A DNA stretch of 17,092 nucleotides from Candidatus Micrarchaeaceae archaeon. Lineage in GTDB: Archaea; Micrarchaeota; Micrarchaeia; Micrarchaeales; CABMGC01. The notes below the pieces were generated by a model. That model ran no database searches, was not told where the DNA came from, and saw only the letters and a program-made list of their open reading frames with translations. Shown piece by piece: positions 7,755-13,340 of this stretch. Position numbers and translations under genes: made by a program. The DNA lies in assembly GCA_038878295.1 (NCBI GenBank), contig JAVZVY010000017.1, forward strand, positions 1-17,092, given 5' to 3'. The first letter of the stretch is position 1; the number at the start of each line of letters is the position of its first letter.

Positions 7755-8882
7755 TCATCCGCTGTTGGCAATTTCGTCTATTGCTTCGGCGAACGAATCC
7801 GCGATTTCGAGCTCGCCGATGCCAATTTTTCTTAGGCCCCTGAGCAGAGCCAGCCTGTCTGCGCCAGCAGCTATGGCCCTCAGAATGAGGTCCTTGAGCT
7901 CCATACCTGAATTTTCGTCAGCAGCAGAAACTATCGCCGCTGCATCCCCTGCGCCCAAGCCAGCTTTCAGCAGCATTTCTGAAAGCCTCTTCCTTTCCAC
8001 ATCAATTTTCATCGCATCACCCCTTCTTATGTTGAGCATTTCCTGTATCTCGAAGCCATGCACTCGCTCTATGATTGAAGTCGTTATCCTTCTGTCTTTG
8101 CGGACCTGTATTGCGGCGCAGCTGCCAAGGCCAAGATTTTGTATGGCAAGCTCGTCCGCAGGCCCCAAGCCGTAATTCTTCGCGAGCTTCTCAAGGCTCT
8201 GCCTGTTTTGCAGTCTGAATACGAAAATTGTGGCGAAGTTGGCCAGCATCGAAAGCTCGATGTCCTCTATCGCCTGCGAGGCCATCACAAGGCCGCATCC
8301 GTACTTCCTGCCCTCGCGCAGCAGGGTCGTTAGCGACTTGCTCTTAGGCAGAAGTTTCCAAGCCTCGTCAAGGAAGATAAAAAGCCTGGTCTGCGCGTTT
8401 ATCTTCAGCCTCCTGACCTGCTCCACAATGCTCTTGAGCGCAGCATCAGCCATTTTAAGCTTCTCGGCTTCTGATTTTATCTCTTTAAAGCAGAAGTAGT
8501 GCGGCTTCTCAGTCACATCGCTGAGCTGATTGTCATCGTCAGCCGGCCCGTGTTTCCTCGCGGCTATGAAATCGGCGAACTTTTCATATTCGCCTGTAAA
8601 ATCTATTATCACGACGTTAGTGTGTGCAATCACCGCAAGCTTCAACGCAAGGCTTTTCATCATGTAGCTCTTCCCAGACCCTGTAACCCCAAAGATGAAG
8701 ACGTGTGGATTCAGCAGGCTATCGAAATCGACAAAATACGGCAGCGAGTGCGCCGCTGTATTGCCTATGTAGACGCCTTTCTCAGAAGCTGCCGCAGCAA
8801 GCTCCGGATCTATCTCCTCTTGCCTGTAAATATAGATCAGTTTTGAGACGTCGCCAGCGGTTGTGTATCTGCCGATGCGCAT
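7755..8882 (-). CDS. VirB4/CedB/HerA-like ATPase (motor domain only) with an 85-aa helical tail, 375 aa
   Basis: NPHVFIFGVTGSGKS (Walker A, ~8667-8690), VVIIDFTGEY, LFIFLDEAW (Walker B), LLREGRKYGCGLVMASQ and NFATIFVFRL. SD GAGGTG 5 nt upstream. Confidence 0.9.
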   Translation of the reverse strand: MRIGRYTTAGDVSKLIYIYRQEEIDPELAAAASEKGVYIGNTAAHSLPYFVDFDSLLNPHVFIFGVTGSGKSYMMKSLALKLAVIAHTNVVIIDFTGEYEKFADFIAARKHGPADDDNQLSDVTEKPHYFCFKEIKSEAEKLKMADAALKSIVEQVRRLKINAQTRLFIFLDEAWKLLPKSKSLTTLLREGRKYGCGLVMASQAIEDIELSMLANFATIFVFRLQNRQSLEKLAKNYGLGPADELAIQNLGLGSCAAIQVRKDRRITTSIIERVHGFEIQEMLNIRRGDAMKIDVERKRLSEMLLKAGLGAGDAAAIVSAADENSGMELKDLILRAIAAGADRLALLRGLRKIGIGELEIADSFAEAIDEIANSG

Positions 8883-8884
8883 GT

Positions 8885-9598
8885 CTACACCTCATTTAGA
8901 AGCTCTTCGCCTTCAAGGATTCTTGCGCTTGTGCCTATAGCTGATGAAAACAGCTCCGCTATGTGCTTGAGTTGCGTGTAGGAATTTGTCGCGGCTTCTG
9001 ATTCATACCGCGATTTGGCAAAGCTCCTTATTACCATCCTTGAGGTGATCGGCTTGCTCAATGCGATGGAATTCAGCGTTGAGTTTATCAGGCTGAGCTC
9101 TCGGCGCAGGGCGCTTATCTTTTCATAATCGCTAGGATCTGCGTTTGCCAGCTCTATTTCCCTCATGCGCCTTTTTGTTTCAAGATCTTCCGAAAACCGC
9201 TTTCTGCTCAGCTCTGCTATCCCTATGCTGAACTCAAATGGAACCTTTATGCCTTCTATTATCTCGGCTATGCTTTTCCCCTGCCAGGTTTTCTGCGGCG
9301 GTTCCAGCAGTGCCGCAGACACGCTTTCAAATTCGTCGCCATTGCGAAGTATCGCAGAATGCATGCTGCCGTGGAGCTCATAACCATTTGACACAACAAG
9401 GAGTCCTGTCTTCTTTATCATTGCTGCGTTTATTACGCGCCACGAATGGTCGTAGGCTACTGCTGCGAGCAGCAGCGCGGATGTAGCGAGCAGCAAGATG
9501 GTCTCGCCTGATATAAGCGCGGCTATGAAAGTGCATGCTGCAATCGCATATACTGCGTAAGTGCGGAATCTTTGCGTTTGCGAATCTGCGCCATCCAT
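8885..9598 (-). CDS. 2-TM anchored protein resembling VirB3 plus the VirB4 N-terminal domain, 237 aa
   Basis: N-terminal TM hairpin, then an alpha/beta region with a long helical insert (EDLETKRRMREIEL..LRRELSLINSTL), ending ARILEGEELLNEV. Its stop is 2 nt upstream of the ATPase start. The family assignment is pattern-based. Confidence 0.68.
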   Translation of the reverse strand: MDGADSQTQRFRTYAVYAIAACTFIAALISGETILLLATSALLLAAVAYDHSWRVINAAMIKKTGLLVVSNGYELHGSMHSAILRNGDEFESVSAALLEPPQKTWQGKSIAEIIEGIKVPFEFSIGIAELSRKRFSEDLETKRRMREIELANADPSDYEKISALRRELSLINSTLNSIALSKPITSRMVIRSFAKSRYESEAATNSYTQLKHIAELFSSAIGTSARILEGEELLNEV

Positions 9599-9610
9599 AT
9601 GACCGCCGTA

Positions 9611-10657
9611 TCATATCAGCTTGAAATTCTTGAATATGGCCTCCGAGCCTGAAATCCTCGATAGCTCCTTTATAGAAATTATTGTTAGGGCTATGCTGAA
9701 AGTTGGGAGTATGAACGCCTGCACTATTATGCCTGATGCGAAGTAGAACAGCGGTTTAAGCAGCGAGTTCACAGCTGATGCTATCGCATTGACGCCGTTT
9801 AAGACGACGCTGAAAAGCCCGGCGCTTTGCGAGGAATTATATGCGCCGCTGCCGTTTATCTCAGAGCGCAGGCTGCTAGACTGCATAGCCACCTGGTTGA
9901 GGCTTGTGGAATTGAAATTGCTGTAATAGGAATTCATCATGTATGCGTTGAGCAAATACGAAAGCGGAAGCACTACGTATACGCCTATCGCAACCGCTAT
10001 GAGGAAGCCGCCAAGCCTCCTCGTCGGATAGAGTATCCTTAGTATTATGCCGAGCGGAAGGATTATTGGCAAAGCCGTAAGCGCTACAACTTGGAGCAGA
10101 GCGGCTTGTACAAAAACGCTCACGAGCGCTGCCGAAAGAAGAGTTATCAACTGCTGCAACTCGTTAAGTATTGGGGAAAGCGCATAGTTAAATGCTACAC
10201 TCACGGCAACAGCTCCTATTTTAAGCCCAGCAATCAGGCCGAGCGAGAATGTTATCGCAAGAAGGGTGAGCATTATGCCTATGATCAGCATGAATAGCGA
10301 GCTGTATGGATGGCCTGCAAAGACATACTGGCGCGTGCCAACGAGATACGCGTACGAAAAGCACAGCGCAGCATTCTGGGACATGTATCCGGGGCAGGAG
10401 AAAGATGTGGAATTGGAGAGCGCTGCAGAATATATGAATCTCGAAACCACGCCCCCATTCGAGAACAGGAGCAGCAGGCCTCCGACAAGCGCGCCGCTTA
10501 CAAAAGCCTGATAAAGTTCGTTCTCGCCGAAATCCTTCAGCTTTTTGTCGTTTAGCGCAAAGCCCAAGCCGAGTATGATGCCGCCTATCGCGATCATTAT
10601 GCCTATGAGCGCAACTGCTACCCCATAGCCGTAAATGCCAAACGGCAGCTGCAGCAT
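9611..10657 (-). CDS. Polytopic membrane protein, CedA/TedA/VirB6-like, 348 aa
   Basis: About 7-8 hydrophobic segments. The motif LPLGIILRILYPTRRLGGFLIAVAIGVYVVLPLSY resembles the conserved CedA/VirB6 membrane hairpin. Ser/Asn-rich loops carry N-x-S/T sequons and a Cys pair (SCPG...ALCF). Confidence 0.7.
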   Translation of the reverse strand: MLQLPFGIYGYGVAVALIGIMIAIGGIILGLGFALNDKKLKDFGENELYQAFVSGALVGGLLLLFSNGGVVSRFIYSAALSNSTSFSCPGYMSQNAALCFSYAYLVGTRQYVFAGHPYSSLFMLIIGIMLTLLAITFSLGLIAGLKIGAVAVSVAFNYALSPILNELQQLITLLSAALVSVFVQAALLQVVALTALPIILPLGIILRILYPTRRLGGFLIAVAIGVYVVLPLSYLLNAYMMNSYYSNFNSTSLNQVAMQSSSLRSEINGSGAYNSSQSAGLFSVVLNGVNAIASAVNSLLKPLFYFASGIIVQAFILPTFSIALTIISIKELSRISGSEAIFKNFKLI

Positions 10658-10661
10658 TCAG

Positions 10662-11027
10662 TCATCTTGTTGTGTTTATGGTTATGTTGGAAAGCAGATG
10701 CGTAGATGCAACGGCAAGGCTGCTTGACGCTACTGAAAGGACAGCCACAACCACAGCGCCTATGATTATGTTTATAGATGCCGTGTGGAAGTTTGCCCTT
10801 TTGTCAGGCGGAAGCAGCTGGCCTATTGCGTAGAATATGCCAGCAACGACAAAGAGCACAGCACTCAGCACTGGGCCGATGTGCATCAGCAGCTGCTGTA
10901 TATAGTTCAGCGTCGTCATGAGCCCCTCTGCATTTGCAGTGCGCAAAGCCGCAACGGCAATCAGAATTAGCAGTTTTGGATAAATCCTTTGCAAAATCCT
11001 GAGCAATCCTTTGCTTTCTCTATGCAT
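10662..11027 (-). CDS. VirB2/TrbC/CedA1-like pilin precursor, 121 aa
   Basis: Signal-peptide-like N-terminus ending ANA|E, an amphipathic helix, then two hydrophobic helices (IGPVLSAVLFVVAGIFYAIG; IIIGAVVVAVLSV) joined by a short charged loop PPDKRA. SD AGGTGA 4 nt upstream; first gene of the operon. Confidence 0.72.
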   Translation of the reverse strand: MHRESKGLLRILQRIYPKLLILIAVAALRTANAEGLMTTLNYIQQLLMHIGPVLSAVLFVVAGIFYAIGQLLPPDKRANFHTASINIIIGAVVVAVLSVASSSLAVASTHLLSNITINTTR

Positions 11028-11067
11028 GCGCTCACCTTATACTTCAAGAAATAATTTATACTTGAAT

Positions 11068-11086
11068 AAATATTTAAATATTTGCA
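11068..11086 (-). promoter_or_regulatory. BRE/TATA promoter of the 9-gene operon, within a perfect 16-bp palindrome
   Basis: AAATATTTAAATATTT (11068-11083) is self-complementary. The minus strand reads GCAAA-TATTTAAATA, about 44 nt above ATG 11027. Confidence 0.55.
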
Positions 11087-11125
11087 TAAAAGATTGTATA
11101 AGCATTTTCAGCGCAATAAGCAAAA

Positions 11126-11142
11126 AGAAAAGTCTATATAAA
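11126..11142 (+). promoter_or_regulatory. BRE/TATA promoter for rpl10e-dph2
   Basis: AGAAAAGTC-TATATAAA about 32 nt upstream of ATG 11174; GGGTG SD-like motif at 11163-11167. Confidence 0.55.
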
Positions 11143-11173
11143 TGTTTGGGCAATGCTATATAGGGTGCTTTTT

Positions 11174-11704
11174 ATGAAATTAAGACCTGCTAGAACGACT
11201 AGGAAGCTGAACAGCCAGGCCTGGGCCAGATACTCAAAGCGCAAGCCTAAGAAGAACTACATAAAGGCCTTGCCGAGGAACAGCCTCCACATCTTCCAGA
11301 TGGGCGTCATGAAGCCTGACTACAACCTGAAGATGCAGCTCAATGCGGACAGCGACGTGCAGCTCAGATCCAACGCCATAGAAGCCGCAAGGCAGGCTGC
11401 AAACAAATATTTGGAAAAGGTGCTTGTGGGCAATTACTTTTTCAGGGTGAACGTATATCCGCACAACGTTCTCAGGGAGAAGAGAATGGCTTCCGGCGCT
11501 GGCGCAGACAGAATATCGCAGGGCATGACGCTTGCTTTCGGCGCCCCGACAGCGGTTGCCGCGCGCGTCAAAAAAGGTCAGACAATATTCGAGCTCATGC
11601 TCAACGACAGCAAGAAAGAGATCGGTCTAGAAGCCCTCAGAAGATCTTCGAAGAAGCTTTCTGGGACTTACACAATACAGAAGATCCAGATCAAAGGCGC
11701 TTAG
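11174..11704 (+). CDS. rpl10e: 50S ribosomal protein L10e (uL16), 176 aa
   Basis: MKLRPAR, QLRSNAIEAARQAANKYL, VYPHNVLREKRMASGAGADRISQGMTLAFGAP..AARV and ALRRSSKKL. Start set at ATG 11174 from the family N-terminus and the SD. Confidence 0.96.
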   Translation: MKLRPARTTRKLNSQAWARYSKRKPKKNYIKALPRNSLHIFQMGVMKPDYNLKMQLNADSDVQLRSNAIEAARQAANKYLEKVLVGNYFFRVNVYPHNVLREKRMASGAGADRISQGMTLAFGAPTAVAARVKKGQTIFELMLNDSKKEIGLEALRRSSKKLSGTYTIQKIQIKGA

Positions 11705-11708
11705 TGGT

Positions 11709-12614
11709 TTGTTGCGAATTCTGCTGCAGTTTCCAGAGGGATTGAAGCAAGAAGCGGCTAAATACGCATCCAAGCTGGAAAGCGAGGGCAACGAAGTGTT
11801 TATATCAGCATCGCCTACATTTGGCGCGTGTGACCTTGCAATAGACGAGGCAAAGAGAATAGGCGCAGACAAGCTTGTGCATTTCGGCCACGCGGAATTC
11901 ATGCATGTCAATTTCAACGTTGAATATGTAGAATACAAAATAGACGCGCCATTAGATATACTTAATGCCTCTCTTGCATATCTCGCGGGCTTCAACAAGA
12001 TAGGGCTTGTCACAACAATACAGCACGTCCACCAGCTGGATGCCATAAAGGATTTTTACGAGAGGAATTCAAAGTCAGTTCTTATAGGCAAGCCTTACGG
12101 CTTTGCCAAGAAACCAGGCCAGATACTCGGCTGCGACGTAGGCAGCGCTGCAACCATCGACAAGGAGGTTGACGCCTTTGTGTACTTCGGCGGCGGCATC
12201 TTCCATCCTCTTGGCGCGGCTCTCGCGACAACAAAACCATTCTTCTCAATAGACCCTTTTTCAAACAAAATTGAAAGGATAGACGAACTGCGCGAAAAGT
12301 ATGCGAGAAAAAGCAAGGGAAAAATACTTGCAGCTCAGGGCGCAAAAACCTTTGGCATACTTGTCAGTACAAAAAATGGCCAGTACAACATGAACCTGGC
12401 TGTGCTAATCAAAAAGAAGATTGAGGAAAAGGGTCTCAGTGCATTCATACTCGTAAGCAATACCTTTGACTTCGACTCGCTGAACAATATGCTCGAGTTT
12501 GACGCATTTGTCAACACGGCGTGCCCAAGGATAGCAACAGATGACACCGAAAGGCTAAGGAAGCCTCTCCTCAGCGCAAACGAACTGATGGAACTGCTTT
12601 CAGGAAAGAGATGA
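11709..12614 (+). CDS. dph2: Diphthamide biosynthesis enzyme Dph2 (2-(3-amino-3-carboxypropyl)histidine synthase), ~301 aa
   Basis: LLQFPEGLK, FGACD, LVHFGH, TTIQH, GQILGCD, GGGIFHPLG, STKNGQ and NTACPRIA; all three Fe-S-ligating Cys are present. TTG start 4 nt after the rpl10e stop (alternative 11712). Confidence 0.95.
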   Translation: MLRILLQFPEGLKQEAAKYASKLESEGNEVFISASPTFGACDLAIDEAKRIGADKLVHFGHAEFMHVNFNVEYVEYKIDAPLDILNASLAYLAGFNKIGLVTTIQHVHQLDAIKDFYERNSKSVLIGKPYGFAKKPGQILGCDVGSAATIDKEVDAFVYFGGGIFHPLGAALATTKPFFSIDPFSNKIERIDELREKYARKSKGKILAAQGAKTFGILVSTKNGQYNMNLAVLIKKKIEEKGLSAFILVSNTFDFDSLNNMLEFDAFVNTACPRIATDDTERLRKPLLSANELMELLSGKR

Positions 12615-12628
12615 CAGCTTTGAACCTG

Positions 12629-13204
12629 CTATCTGTCCGAAGGAGGATTCCTAAGAAGGTGAGAGAGATACAACTCATGCAGATTTTCCATGCGCTGAGT
12701 GTTAGCGTTTATTATTTTTTCAAGCAGCTCGCTTGCAATCTCAGAGTTGTGCTCATCATCTATGGGCCGTACATTATCTATGGGCCATATATAAGAAGTG
12801 CGCATAGGGTCAGCGACACCTGTGAAGACTCCGTAAGGTGGCACTACGTCGATTTTAACATTAAGCTTGCCTACAAGTGAATCAAGGCTAACACCGTAAA
12901 GTTTGTCTATTTTTGTTCCCTCGTCGATATACCAGTGCAATAAATTCAAAGCATACTTTTCGTTCTTTATCTCTTGCAGTATACGGCTCAACTTCTCCCT
13001 AATCTCTATCTCTTTCTCAATTCTCTCGCTCGGCGTAAGTTTATTTTTGCTGCCCCTTAAAAACTCTATAAACTTTCCTACTCTGGTGCTTTCACCTTGC
13101 TCATTGGAGTGCTTGATAAGTTTCCACAGCTCCCTCTCTGCAGCATCCAAGTCTTTGCTAATAGCATCAAACGGTCTCGATCCGACAGTTTGGATTTCTG
13201 CCAT
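12629..13204 (-). CDS. Hypothetical protein, charged and helical, 191 aa
   Basis: Open frame with Glu/Lys-rich helices and a well-placed TATA box 22 nt upstream of ATG; no recognisable motif. Confidence 0.7.
   Translation of the reverse strand: MAEIQTVGSRPFDAISKDLDAAERELWKLIKHSNEQGESTRVGKFIEFLRGSKNKLTPSERIEKEIEIREKLSRILQEIKNEKYALNLLHWYIDEGTKIDKLYGVSLDSLVGKLNVKIDVVPPYGVFTGVADPMRTSYIWPIDNVRPIDDEHNSEIASELLEKIINANTQRMENLHELYLSHLLRNPPSDR
12755..12790. repeat. 18-bp imperfect tandem duplication
   Basis: ATCATCTATGGGCCGTAC / ATTATCTATGGGCCATAT, 15 of 18 identical. Confidence 0.75.
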
Positions 13205-13225
13205 GATTTCTATTTTCCTTGCCTG

Positions 13226-13240
13226 TTTATAAATCTTTCC
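13226..13240 (-). promoter_or_regulatory. BRE/TATA promoter for the 191-aa ORF (leaderless)
   Basis: Minus strand GGAAAGA-TTTATAAA ends 22 nt before ATG 13204. Confidence 0.62.
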
Positions 13241-13302
13241 TAGATTTTATTGCAATCGACATCAGGCTAACTTTTGCCTATATTGCATTGCAAGCGTTTT
13301 GC

Positions 13303-13318
13303 AGAAATCTTTTTATTT
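13303..13318 (+). promoter_or_regulatory. Putative BRE/TATA promoter for korAB
   Basis: AGAAATC-TTTTTATT about 23 nt upstream of ATG 13341. Confidence 0.45.
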
Positions 13319-13340
13319 TGGCAATGGCACAATAATGCCT

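Larger units (their letters stand above)
3730..11027 (-). other. Nine-gene operon encoding a putative T4SS/Ced-like (VirB2-VirB6-VirB4) transfer apparatus
   Basis: Nine co-oriented ORFs with gaps of 12 nt or less, or overlapping stop/start codons. SD-like motifs (AGGTGA, GAGGTG, GGCGGTG, AGGTG) precede most starts, and there is a single upstream AT-rich promoter. It contains a pilin-like gene, a CedA/VirB6-like gene and two FtsK/HerA-superfamily ATPase genes. Confidence 0.7.

Noticed and set aside
3730..8882. HerA-NurA-Mre11-Rad50 resection locus or HerA-based defence system
   Set aside because: No NurA, Mre11, Rad50, Sir2 or nuclease partner was recognised and no N-terminal HAS barrel is evident. 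The neighbours are pilin-like and membrane proteins.
3730..11027. Integrated conjugative element, plasmid or provirus
   Set aside because: No integrase, relaxase, Rep, capsid gene, tRNA target or flanking direct repeats were seen. The cluster overlaps nreA and shares a short divergent promoter region with rpl10e.
10662..11027. Type IV pilin/archaellin
   Set aside because: There is no class III signal motif (K/R-G/A followed by a hydrophobic stretch with E5), and no PilB/TadA ATPase or TadC platform is present.
12755..12790. CRISPR array or mini-array
   Set aside because: Only two adjacent 18-bp units with no spacer, and no cas genes nearby.
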